DNA of 64,000 bases. Origin: Guillardia theta CCMP2712. Lineage: Eukaryota > Protista > Cryptophyta. Position numbers and translations under genes: made by a program. Shown piece by piece: positions 24,101 to 36,650 of this stretch. How positions within the stretch are numbered: the stretch's first letter is position 1; each line of letters begins with the position of its first letter. The notes beneath the pieces are model-generated. The model was not told where the DNA came from. It was given only the letters and a program-made list of their open reading frames with translations, and ran no database searches. The stretch covers positions 443,985 to 507,984 of the forward strand of contig NW_005434637.1 of assembly GCF_000315625.1 (NCBI RefSeq), given 5' to 3'.

Positions 24101-27100
24101 GCAGCATCGACCTGCTCACAGACGTAGTCGCTCTTGACGATCCTTTGCTGGGCATCGGAGAGCTTGAAGTCCATGCCCTGCAGCTGAGCGTAGACCGCGT
24201 TGAGCTCCTCCTGCTTGTGCCACAGGCTTCTCTTGAGCTCTTCGGTTGCATCGTCCGTCTCTTCCCGCCACTTGAACGCTTGCAGCAGCTTGTCCTCAAG
24301 TGCAGCATTCTGAGCGTCGGCCTCCTCCAGCATTTCCCGCATGCTCTGCATGTTCTCCTCGCTCTCCAGTAGCAGATGCTGGTACTCTTCGGACTGACTG
24401 GAAATCTTCTCCTGCTGCTCGCGGTACTCACGAAGATTGCAACAGGCTTCCTTCAGCGTCCTGCAGAGATCAAAGGATAGGGTTTCCATGGAGCTAATCA
24501 ATTCCTCCTCCTCTGCCTCTGTCTGTCCGAAAGAAGATAGTTGTTGAGACGGTTGAGTGCTTGAGCGTGTCGATCCGACACGCTCCTGTAGAACAAGCAA
24601 GTCTCGCCTAAGGCGCTCGTTCTCCCTGCTCTTCTCTGTCATCTTCCTCTGCATCTCCTCCATGATGGTCGCCATCTGCTCCTCCACCCCTTCCAACGCG
24701 TTGATGGAAGCGCATTTCTCCATTTCAAGGTCTTTTGCTTTCTCGTAGATTAGAGCCATCTGGCTCCTCATCCTGCCCACCCTCTCGTCTCGCTCTCTGC
24801 TGAGTTGCATGGCTTCCTCCTCCACACGCTCGAACGTGCTCTCCACCTGCTGTAGCATGACGTCCAGCATCGCAAGCCCCTCCTGCTCTTGTTGATGCTG
24901 CAGACCACTCTCAACCATCACGCTCTCACTCCTCAGCTGCGCTGCCTCTTCCTCTGCTCGCACCTCCGCGACTCTCCTCCCCAATGCTGATACCACGCCT
25001 TCGAGCCCATCGAAGAGAGATGACAGCAGGTCCACGTGATCGGAATAGGCAGTGCAGAGCTCTACGAGTCCAGTGTTGCTGTCCCTCAGCTCCTTCTTCT
25101 CCTTCCTGCTCAACTCCAAGTGGTTGCGTAGGGAGGAGATCTTGCTCTGCATTTCTCCCAGCAGGGATTCTTGATCCCGAAGCTCGCTCGACATCCTTCG
25201 CAGCTCACGGACTTCACGTCGGGAAGCAGCAAGCTGATCTTCTTTCGCTCTCGCTTCCTCATGGAGCCTGTCGATATGCGCAAGGAGTGACTCCTTCTCG
25301 TCGCTAGAGGTCCTCTGCAGTGCCAGGATCTCCTGCAGGTATCATCATGAGAGAAGAATGACGATGACAAAGGGGAGCAGATGGTTATGGAGGGGGAGAA
25401 TGTAAAGAGGATGAAATAAAGACAGAAAGTGGGAAAATCACCAGCTTGAGGGAGTCAGCTGACTCAAGGAGGGCGCTGAGCTCGGAATCGTGCATCTTCT
25501 TCATCTCAGATTTCTCGTGCTACAGTTCATGTCACAAAAGAGTCAGAGGGTGTTGAATGGACCTCAAGCTCCTTCTCCTTCTCCGCTGCTCTCTCGTTCA
25601 AAGCGTTCAGCTGCAGGATTGCTTCCTGAAGCTCCTGCTTCTCCTCTCCCAGCTGCTTCAGTCTGATGGCTGCTCGCTCTAGAGCGCCCTTCAACTCCTC
25701 GATGGAGGAGTCCGCAATTTGAAGATTGGTTCGCGTCTACAACACAACCCATTATGCGCGAGCTAGCAAGGCTACAACTCGTTACCTCCTGGATTGAGTT
25801 GATGGACTCTTGGCCTTCCTGCTCGAAGCAGTCCTTCATCGACTCAACGTGCACTTGAGTTTGCAAGAGCTCCTCCTTCAAGATTGTCAACAGCACTCTC
25901 TCCCCCGCTACAGCCTCCTGCATCACCTTCAGCTCTTTCAGGAACGTCGAGGACTTGAGAAGGAGATCTGTGAGTTCCTGTTGAGGACTGTGAATCACGT
26001 GCAAAAAAAGGTGCAGCAGGATACAGAGTTCTTGGATCTCTCCACTTCCAGCTCCTCTTCAGTTGCAGCAAGCTTCTCTTCGTAGGAAGAGAGGGCTGAA
26101 GTCTTCTCCTGCAGATGGAGCTGCGCAGAGTTGAGCTGCTCGCTCAGCTGGTTGAAATTCTCTTTGTGCCGATCGAGTTGGACATTCAAGCTTGAGATTT
26201 CCTCCTGGTGTGAAGAGAGTCGAGCAGAGAGTTGATCATTGAACGTGATAGATTTCTGGATCTCCTCTCCCTTGCTCGCTAGGAGGATTTGCGCATGCTA
26301 AGAACACAGGCAGCCGGTCAGATACGCAACAATGTAAGCTTCAGCGGACCTGAAGCGCTTCTTCTTGTCTCGCTCCCTGTAGCTTCTGATCCATCACATT
26401 CTGTTCCAGCACCTCCATACTCGACTGAGTCGTTGCCACCAGCGAAGTGATGGACGTCAACATCGTTGAGCATTCTTCCAGATAACGGTTTGTGATCTGC
26501 ATCTCGTAGTCCTTGGTGGCGTTGTCGTTGATGAGATCAATCAGCCTCTTCTTCTGATCGGAAATCTCCAGATTAAGACGTGCAATGTCTTTCGACTTCT
26601 CCTCCTCCTGTTTCTTTGACGCCGAGACCTCTTCCTCCATCGCGGACTTCTCACGCTGTCACCAACATCAACGGCTTGTCTCATCGACAAATCATCTCAC
26701 CTCATTGCGACTTTTGACATCTTCCATTTGACTCACAAGATCTTTCATGCTCTGCTCCTGCTGTCTAAGTTTGATGTATACCTCTCCCATCTCTTTCCAG
26801 CTCTTGTCCAACCCAGACTCAAGAGCCCTGCACGCATCAGAGCTCTCCTCGATCACGGCGCCCAGAATCCTCAGAGTCTGAAGGGAATCCTGACAGGTTC
26901 CTTCCATGCTACCGAGCTTGCTTGACATGGAGCGAACTTGACCTTCCTTCTCTTCCAGCACCCTCTCCGACTTTCATATCAAATCAACTTCTTTCGCGCA
27001 TTCAACATTCAAATATTAGAGCTCACCTGGTGTATGTCAGAGGAAAGCAAGTCCTTGAGGCACTCCAGCTCTGTCAGACATTCTCGGAACTTGAGCTCAT

Positions 27101-28570
27101 TCCATGCTGCGCTAAATTCTCCAAGAGCTCTTTCACACTGCTTCAGTCTCGAGCCTTGGCTGTCGAGACCCGAGCACTTCTTCTCCTGCAAAAGTTTTAC
27201 GAACAAGAAAAGCGGATCCATCTTTACCATGGCAATATTCTGTTGCTGCAGCTCATCTCTCTTCAGCTCCAATTCATCGATCTGATCGTTAGCCTCCTCG
27301 AGTTTCGCTGCCTGCTCTTCCATCTCAGCCTTCAACGAGAAGAGCTTTTTCATCAGCGAATCCTCGTTCGTCTGATGCAAGGTAGCATTCTGCTCGGACA
27401 CCTCCAGGCGGGATCGCAGAGCATCCATCTCTTCTTTCGAAGATTCGCACACATTTCTGTTTTGAAGCTGCAAGTTTGCAACTTCGTCCCTGAACGCCAT
27501 CAAGGACTCCTGGGTGTGCTTTACAGCTTCCTTCAGCTGCTCGATCTTGACATCCTTCTCTGCGTTGGAATGTTTGTAGGACTTCAGTTCAGAGTCTCTG
27601 TCTTTGACTGTCTGGTCCAACCTCTGAACCTCTTGCTCTAACTCCTTCACCACCATCTTCAGCCTGTCAATCTCAAGATCTTTCTCCATCAGGGACTGTT
27701 CATACTCTCTGTCTTGTTTCTCGCTAGCCTTTTGTGCCTCGTCCTTCACTTGTTTAGAATATTCTTCTGCCTTGAAAAGCTCCTGGCGGATCTTTTCAGC
27801 TTCTTCACTTCCAGCTGAAATCTGCAACGAAAGCGCGTACGTTTTCTCCTTCTCCTTCTCGAGTGCTGCGTGCAACTCGCGAATTTGCTCTCGGATCACT
27901 TCAATCTCCAATTCTTCAGCGGATTTAACAGGTGAGGAGTTACGATTGCGCAGAGCTTCTTTCAGCTCTGCGTGAAGGGTGTTCAGGGCGTCTTCCTCAG
28001 CCTTGATGGCTCTCAGCTGCTCTTCAAGGGCCTGATGCTTCTCAGGACTGTTGGGAGAATCAAAGAGTCGGCTAGATATTTCCTGCTTGTTCCTGATAGA
28101 TTCTTTGATCGTCTGCAGGGATGGTACATCATGTGCTCGGTACGGTGGTGGCGTCTGCGCCTCCTGCAAACAAGAGCATAAGAAGTAGGATTGGTGGGTT
28201 TGAGAGAGCTACACACCGGAAACGCCTCCAGGTCTTGACTCAACCTTGAACGCTGGGAATAGTCTAGAGGGAGATGATCGTGACGGAGATCTCCAACACT
28301 AGCCAGAGAGTGAGCATCGCTCAGCCTGAATCCGCTCAAGGAGCAGGCGTCACTGCCTCTCACGGTCGGCTGCTGGCTGAGGAGCGATGCGCGAGAGAGA
28401 AGGTCCTGTGAGTTCACATTCTCCTTGTCCATGCATGACGGTAGGCCTGACTTGTCTGGTGGGATGGGGAGGGGCTTGCCCATCACTCTCGATCCCCGCG
28501 AAGCTCTTAGCTTCGCCGGTGTCAGAGGCGACGGCGCATCCTCCCTTAACTCCTTTCGAGCACGCGGCAT
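21156..28570 (-). CDS. Very large coiled-coil protein with a possible C-terminal UBA-like segment, multi-exon
   Basis: Successive E/K/Q/L heptad-rich minus-strand ORFs separated by short introns. GITEHTARRLLLHCNNDAERA is UBA-like. Confidence 0.75.
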
Positions 28571-28571
28571 G

Positions 28572-29015
28572 GCGGGTAGGATTCGAAACGTACGAGGTGT
28601 AGAGGGTGGTACATCGGAAGTGGAGGCAGAATCGGAAGGGTACTCAAAATTGATATGATAGTACCGGGTACTTTCATATCAGAAGATAGGAGAGAAATAG
28701 GGTACCTACAACTCTGGTATTCTGTCCGAGGGTGGGTTATGTTTGACAGGGGTGGGGGTTCTATTTGAAACCCTACAGCTCCACAGCGCCACTCTGAAGC
28801 TAATCCGCCTCGGGAGAAAACCACCCTACCCTGGAATCAACTATTTAAGCAGGGGTCATGTACGACCCGAGGGTAGGGGTGGAATTGATGGGGGGGTCAA
28901 GCTGAAGGGGTTGGGGGTGAAGGAAGATGGTAGTCAAGTAATGAAATAGATGTCAACGGTCCAGGTGGGTGGGTGTTGTAGAATTGGATAAGGGGGTGGG
29001 GGTGCTAGGGTCTAC
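28572..29015. promoter_or_regulatory. Bidirectional promoter region rich in GGGTA/GGGGT motifs
   Basis: Lies between divergent ATGs (28570 minus, 29034 plus) and contains many GGGT cores. Confidence 0.55.
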
Positions 29016-29033
29016 GGGAAGGAGGCGCCGCGC

Positions 29034-31848
29034 ATGTCGGCGATGTGGCGGCATGTCATCAAGCGGTAAGAGAACAGAGAGGAGCCAGCAGGCAGTAGGA
29101 CGCACAACGAAGGATGCACGAGGCAGGATACAGGAGGGAGGAGGGAGGGAAAGGAAGAGATGGCAGGGAGGGGGAGCAGGAAGACCTTGGGAAGAGGAGA
29201 GCGAGGGTGGAATAGGGAGGGAGGTATGGAGGGAGGAACAGGCATGGGTGATGCAACAGCCAATAGACGAGAAAGATAAGATCAAGGATCAAGTTCTGTA
29301 AAGCTGGGCACTGGCAACAAGTATGTACACAGGATCGAAACAACAGATATGTACATATTGCATGACCAACGTGATTTATCCCCACGCTGAATATGTCATG
29401 GAAACAGACCGTCGCAGGCAAACCTGTCCATAGCACGAGCAGGTAGCGTAACCATGAACTTCCAAAAAGAAAGACAACTGATCCGGCACGCCAGGTTGCC
29501 TGATGGGCAGGAGCTTCCTTCACTCGCTGAGGTGGGCTGGGAACGCGCCTTCCGTAGAAGTGAGTTTGGGTCGTCTGACTTGGATCGAACTGCAGGGGGG
29601 AACATGGCGAGGGTCAACATGGAAGCCAAGGGAAGGGCGGATCGAACTTTCCTTGGTTGCGGGTGGCAGCTGTCGCAACTCCTGCTCTGCTGTGGGCAAT
29701 GAAGGTGAAGAGCTTCAAAGACTGCCCTGAGGATGCTGATGCTGGCATCAGGATAATACCATGGATGTCGCTGAGTGGAAAGAGCTACTCAAAGACATCT
29801 TGGGCATCGAAGATCAAGTCGTCCTCACACGGGGATCTGATGATGGGGCTGTGAGACGACCTGGTTTGTTGACTATCGCAGCGGCTGTAGAGAACATCAG
29901 GGCACAGAAGAAGGATGAGAAAACGAATGGAGGATCCCCTCCTTCCGCTGACAAAGATTCTTCTCAGCCTTCTCAAGGACCCCGTGCACCTCCTTCCTCT
30001 TTCACGGAAGGAGCTGAAGAGATTCAGAAGATCGAGAAGTCAGAGAAGCAAGAGAGCGATAAACGCGTGGAGATGTACAACAATTTACTGTCAGAGTTGG
30101 AGAGATTGAAAAAGGAGAGGGATGTGTTGGAGGAGGAGAGCAAAAAGCTCAGGGAGGCGCTACATGCTACTAAGGACACAGCAACTCAACCAACAGTTGT
30201 GTTCCAACACCGCGAGCTAGACGATCACTGGCAGAGCAAGCTTGCACAGCTCAGCGCAGCTAAGACGACAGAGAAGATGTTGGAAGCGCTTCATCAGCAG
30301 ATTGCGTCAGGAGACGAGGTCCTGCAGTCTCACAGCCTGTCATCGGGAGCTATCAACGAGCGAGGAGTCGACCTGTCGAAAGAGAAGGGCCTTTCTGAAG
30401 ATTCAACTCTTGAGCAGGTTCAGGGCAGAATCAGGCAAGTTCTGGTTGAGCTGCACCTGCGAACGCGACTGGAAGCGCAGCGGCTGCGAGAGGCCGTGAA
30501 GATGACAGAGGATGCGGTCCAGTCCGAGCAGATGCAGAAGCTTTCTCTTCAGCTAGTGGCGCAGGAGAACGAGCTGCAGAGATTGATGGAGATGAAGGTG
30601 GAAGAGATTCGCAGGCATGCAGAAGAGGAGATCTCGAAGATCGATGAGACTTACGACCAGAGGATCCGGGAGGAATGGGTGCAGGTGAACACGCAAGCTG
30701 AACAGCTCCACGATCATGCGTTGAAGATCAAGGAGATACAGCTCGCCCTGGAGAGCGAGAGAGAGCTGGAGAAGGAGCGGGAGAACCTCAAGAAATATTT
30801 CGAGCAAACATCGCAGACGTACGTGGGGAGGATCAAGACGCTGAAAGAAACCGTCTACAAGTTCAACGAAGACGTCGAGGGCTTCTCCAACAACAAGAGA
30901 AACGCTCAGGCATGATGCTCTTGAATCGCTGGGACAACATGGTTGACCATATTGCAGTACGTGCATCAGCTGTCCTTGGCAGCGGACGCGCTCAAGGATG
31001 CTGTCGAATCCGGCAGAAACTGTTCCAAGGAGGTCAAGTTCCTTAGGAAGCTGGCAGGCAGGCAAGCTCATGCTCTGGCTCCGTCTGACTGCGGGGCAGG
31101 AGGAGATACAGCTGTTGACGCAGCCTTATCGACGATCCCGATCAAAGACGGTGACTGCCATCCTCTCATTCAGCAACCTTTGATCAAGTTGGTAGAGATG
31201 AATGTCTCGACCATGGATGAGCTTCAGACTCGGTCCTTTTCTCCTCGTGGCCTCGCCTGCGACTAACGTAGTCTGCCTTCTTCAGTTTCTTCTCTGCCTC
31301 TCTCGAGGCTCGTCGTAGGCTGCTAGTGCCGGAGGGAGGCGGCATGATTCAGGCATGTCAAGACAGCTGAGTGAAAGAAAGCTGATCTCGCGTGCAGGAG
31401 CTGGTGGGGACAGGAATGTCCAAACTTTATGACCTGGGAGGAAGCATCAACTTCCGCCACCCTTCCCCGACCGATAGTCTTCCTGAGGGAGACGACCCTG
31501 CTGCTGTGCGAACTTTTCTGGCCGCATTCTGCTAGTGAGCTGACCTTCATCTAGGTGCTCAAGAGAGCAGGGATCTGGGTGTACCGAGGGCGGATAGCGC
31601 AAGCCATGCAGGAGCTCGAGGTTCTCGAAGGCCGTCCTGCGCAGGCGATGAGCGGGTGAGGGAGAGACAGTTGAAGAGAGACAGGAGAGGAGGGAGGAGG
31701 AGGGAGGAGGAAGGGGTCAGGTCTACACGGGAGTCGATACTGAGGATGATGCAGGTGGATGGAAGAGGCTCGGAGACGGCTGGTGGTGCAGCAGGCGTTG
31801 CAAGTGCTTCATGCGCACATCTCCCTTTCATCGACACAACTCGCTTGA
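29034..31848 (+). CDS. MIC60: MICOS subunit Mic60/mitofilin, multi-exon
   Basis: Long coiled coil followed by the mitofilin C-terminus: HQLSLAADAL, ARRRLLVPEGGG, VLKRAGIWVYRGRIAQAMQELEVLEG and WMEEARRRLVVQQAL. Confidence 0.8.
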
Positions 31849-31850
31849 CT

Positions 31851-32376
31851 TCATTTATTCATTTCCAGTAACTTCTTGATTTGTCCCTCTCATTTACATC
31901 CGATCGACTCTCCCCAGCACCTCCCCCTCTCACTTTCCCTCGCCTGCCCCCCTCTTGCCATTCACATCCCGCGGGTCGCAGGAGACGAGCTTGACCTGAT
32001 TCCTCATGTAGTGACCGGCGAGGCTCGACGTCACAGCCTCTGGCTCTCCTGCTTTCAGTGGCCGGGGAGAAAACGCTTCCATCCCTTTCTCCTCACCCTA
32101 GGGTCAATCAGTCAGCCCACCAAATGGGAGGCGTTGCGAAAGAGAGGGAGGGGAAGATAGAAGAGTGAAGGTAGGGAAGGAGGTGAAGGATAACTGCAGA
32201 GGACAAGGGGAGCAAAGCAGCAGTAGAGTCTTCACCGTGCTACCCTTGTTCACAGACGATTCCCTCTTCAACTTGCGGATCTGCAACCATGGCAGTCAAC
32301 AGACAACCGCGGCCCCCAATACACCCCCCACCCGTGTTCCTCCTCCTCCTCCTCCTCCTCCTCCTCCTCCTCCTCC

Positions 32377-32422
<46 letters not shown>

Positions 32423-34843
32423 TCACCTCAGCACTCCGGGCATGAGAAAGCACTTGAAGCTTCCTCTCCAGGTGCTCGATGAGCTCCGTCCTCTCCTGCA
32501 GCGCGATCTCCTTCTCCTTGAGCTCCTCCTGGAGCTGCAGGACCTCCCGCTCCATGTGCTCGTACGCCTGCCATACTCTCAAGATAGACCCCCACCCACC
32601 TCTCCCCCAGCACCTGCAGGGGGACCTTGACTCTCGATGAGCCGGTCGCGTCGTCTGCTAGCAGAGAAGGCGAGGACGTCGCGTCCTCCCTCCAGGTGGC
32701 GTCGATCCTGTCGTGGAACGCGTCAGATGGGGGAGCAGTTCGTTGCCTCCACCTCATCGACTCGTCCTGGGTCTCATCGAAGATGTCAGACAAGTTGTTC
32801 TTCCCCCTGCTGTTCGCCATGAACCTCGCGATCAGACTCCATCGCCTGTCGGACATCTCACAGGGAGCAGGCGAGACCCCAGGAGGACAGCGATAAGGCA
32901 CTTAAGGCGAATGGGGGTTTCGGTCGATGCTATAGAGAGGACGGACAACAAGGGAACGGCAACAATGTATGCAACAATGTATACAGGTCAAGAAAGCAGC
33001 AGCGCAGCATGTCTGTACCTCTGTCTGGCAGTCGTCAAGGAAGATGAGAGTGTGTCGAGCTTGCTCGTCAAGACTTCTATTCTGCCCTTCTGCGACTTGA
33101 TTGTCTTCCCCTGTATCCCAAACTCTCTCACCCCAACCTCCGACAACACCAACGGGTAACGACCTGCGATGCGACAGTCTCTGCGAGCTTCTTGTTGATG
33201 CTTCTCAGTTTGCTCCGCTCGTCAGTCCAAGAGATCACCTTCATAGGCCCTGGACGTCAGGGAGTGACGAGGCAGAGGTCACTATCTAAGGACCTCCTGT
33301 CCTCCTGCCGTCGTCGTTTCCGCCGGCTCAGATCGTTCTTCTTCCTCACTGCTACTGATCTCGCACTCTTCCCTCTTGATCCCAGCAAGGTTCTTGTGGC
33401 CTCCGTCAGACAGTGCAGAGCACACAAGGATAGTTCACCGGGGGCAAGACAGTGTCTTTCTTGAGATGCCTCAAACTCTCCAGCACAGTGTGCAACTTCA
33501 CCTAAGAATACGAGCATGATCACTCTCTGCACAGAACAATAGCAAGCAGGGACACAGCGAGCAGACCTCTTCTTCTTTGCACAGAGAATTCTTATTGATC
33601 TGTTCCCGGCCATATCAGCCACCACAACGCACACTGAACAGGGTTGCACCTTGCTCAACATCAGCGACAGGATTTCTTTGAGAGCAGAGATCGCTCTGTC
33701 ACCATGTCAGTCACCACGGCCACCAGGCGCAAAGTCATCGACCCATCATATCGTTGAAGCGATGAAAGAAGAAAACTGCGAAACCGTGAGTGGAGGGTGA
33801 TGATGTTCGGACCTCTCTCACGAGTTTTCTTCCGCCAACCCGCTCATCTTCTTCTTCAATCGCCCGACTTTCTCCTTTTCCAGCACTCTCTTTGGGAACA
33901 ACCCGTCGGGGGAGTCTTCGAGCTGCCTGATAGTCTGCTGATGCTGCCTTGTTAACGACTCATAGGCTGCGATCTCGCTTCTCAGCCTCTTGTTCTCGTC
34001 CCTTCATATCCAAGTCAGAACGCCACGCGAACGATGCGAGATGCGAACGATCAACCTGAGAACCGTCACGTTCTCATTCAGGCTCGCGACCTTCTGCCTC
34101 AACCCGTCCCTCTCCGACGTCAAATCCATCAGACCGTTCTCCTTTCGCAGACTCTCTCCTTTCAATAGGCGGACTTCATCCTTCGTGCATCAGTCAGAGC
34201 AAACTGAGTCAAAATCATCATGCACATACTTGCAAGGAGGCGTTCTGGTTGGAAATCTCTCGCAACTTTGACACTACCTCCTCCTTGGCCTTGAGGACTT
34301 TGTCGGGGGCAGCAGGCGAGTAACTTAGGGCAGGGGAGCGCTTTGCCACTGCCGATCTTATTCTGAATGAGTACATCGGTCAGAACAAACATCGCTTTGA
34401 AATGTCGTCATTCCGCCATACCTCGGAGATCTTTCAGAAGCTGTCGAACGAGGAGTCTGTAGCATGTATGAATCCTCCCGCTTTGAAAGATCCTCAGGCT
34501 CAGCGTTGAGGATAGGTTGAGGAGACTTGCTCTTCTCGTGTACAGAGAAGAGTTTCACTTGGTTTTCTATTCCCCTTATCTCCTCGTAGATGTAGTCGAA
34601 GGTGTCGTCTTGATATTCCGTGTCAGCATCTTTCTTGCCCTGGAAATCCCGGTCGGCCTCGTGCCCGTTCTCCGATGGTCTCTCAAGAAGCTGCCTATCT
34701 TCATACCGATGCTCTGCTCCTCCTTCAGGTTGGTGTTCTCTTCTCCTCTCCTCCTCCATCTCTTCGCTCGTCCTTGCTCTCTTTTCTCCTCTCTGCCTCC
34801 CCCCACTCGCACCCTCCTGCATAGATTCGCTAGCGGCCCTCAT
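31851..34843 (-). CDS. Hypothetical coiled-coil protein, multi-exon
   Basis: Linked minus-strand exons (MRAASESMQ...; EREVLQLQEELKEKEIALQERTELIEHLERKLQ). The 3' end is tentative. Confidence 0.55.
32339..32422. repeat. (CCT)n(CAT)n compound microsatellite in an intron
   Basis: Directly visible. Confidence 0.95.
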
Positions 34844-34963
34844 CCCCAGTATCTTGCCCAACGGCATTCAACGGTCATCTGGGCTCAAACCATTTTGAAC
34901 CGTTATAAACCGTTCTAGGTCTGGAAAAGAAACGGTGTTGAAACGGTTTTCTGTCGAAGAGCC

Positions 34964-36211
34964 ATGGCAGGTCGTTTGGCCGCCGCTATGGCGGGCTTCG
35001 TTGTCCTGGCACTTCTCGGCCTCACCATGTGGTCAAGGAGAACGAGCCTGGAGCAGCGTCCTGTACGCTACTTCTTCATCCCCTCCCAAGAACGTGGGAG
35101 ACAGCAGCTTGCTGTGGTGCACAGCGCTCTGGGAACTCCGCAGGACTTACCCAACCTCCGTGGAGAAGAGCTTGGCGATGAAGTCATGGACCTTCCACAA
35201 TCAGATAGCGAACACGATGATGGAGACATGTATGTTCCAGCAGAAATGATGAACAGCTATACGTTCAAGCAAAAGCCAGTATCCATTTCGTTGGCAACGG
35301 GTAATTCACGTTCGAATCCAATGTTAGCCGATCCTTCAGATCCTTCCATGTACGACTCGAAGTTGGCAAAGCTTGGAGTGAACGTTGGAGCTGCCCCTGC
35401 ACAAGGATCTTTTGCCACGCATGGCGATGCCTTTGTCTCGGCTGACAACCTGGAGGACTCTTACAGCGTAGGCCCATCCCCGAATCGCGAAATTCACGGG
35501 AATACCATTGGTGGAGATTGGTTTGGTCACGTTGGAGAACCTCTCTTGACAAGAGCTCAGATCCAGGCTCAAAGTGCTGTGCCCAAGACCGCCAAGTTCA
35601 CCTCGTTGGCTGGTCAGCCCCCGATCTGTCAGTGCAGCGCCTCAACGGATGCCGCGGCGACCAGGTGCTCCTGTCAACGCGACGCGTCGAGGCTCTCGGG
35701 AAGCAAGACGATTTCTTTGGATCTTCAGTGCTGTGATTGTGGAGGAAAACGAGTGAGTTCTTTGAAGATAAGAAGTGATCTGTTTGTAACCTGTTCCATG
35801 TTTCATTTTGCAGCACATTGTTTCTCCTGCACCAGTTTGCTCCGATTGCTACGGATGTGGGCAGCAGGCTTATCATGCATATTACAATCCATACGGCATC
35901 GTTCAGGACGATACTGATGAAGATTCTTCTACAGGTATGCAATTGAGCAATCTGCTGGGTCCATAATTCCCCCTGTCCTGATAAATTGTTTTTCAGCCAG
36001 CACTATTCTCGAACAGAAAATTGTGAAACCCGTGCACTACTTCTCTCGCAATGAAGATCCTGGGAAGCTAACTGATAGAATGATGGTTCTGAACGATGTA
36101 TTGCGTGGAGCCAAGGTATGCTCGGATCGATCGAGGGATTGCAATGTTTTGACTTGGTGCTACAGAACTTTAAACCGCCCACTTCTGCCCCCGTCTACGA
36201 GTCTAAGATAG
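34964..36211 (+). CDS. Secreted or type II membrane protein with Cys-rich segments
   Basis: N-terminal hydrophobic anchor (GFVVLALLGLTMW), CQCS..CSC and CCDC motifs. The 3' exons are inferred. Confidence 0.6.
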
Positions 36212-36650
36212 TTAAGAGGGTCAAGGTTGACCCTATTGTACAACTCTCATAAATTATGCTGACACAGTCACGGTGGCCGGGCACCGCCGGGCGGCGACTG
36301 ACCTCAGCCTAGGCTGGCAGCCAGCGCGGCCCGGCCGCCGCGGCCCACCGTGTCACTGTACACTGCGGCCGCCGCTCGGCGGGCCAATCCGAATTGAATC
36401 AGGGTTTTGGGGCGGCCTGTTCTGACAAAGAATCATTCGGAACCATAACCCTGTCACTGTGTGCTGTTACACGTTGATGTACCGTAGGCTAGCGACTACC
36501 GTACGCTAACCCCTCAGAAACCGGCCGCAGTGCCGGTGGCATCCATTTTGACCGGCCGGGCCCTTCTGATTTGAGTAAAGCCGAATTAGTACAATTGAAG
36601 GGGACTCGGGTGGTAGGCAGCAGGTCATCTACTGAGCTATTTCCGGCGCC

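Noticed and set aside
28572-29015. GGGTA tracts as interstitial telomere arrays
   Set aside because: No tandem TTAGGG/TTTAGGG units. The motifs are dispersed and degenerate.
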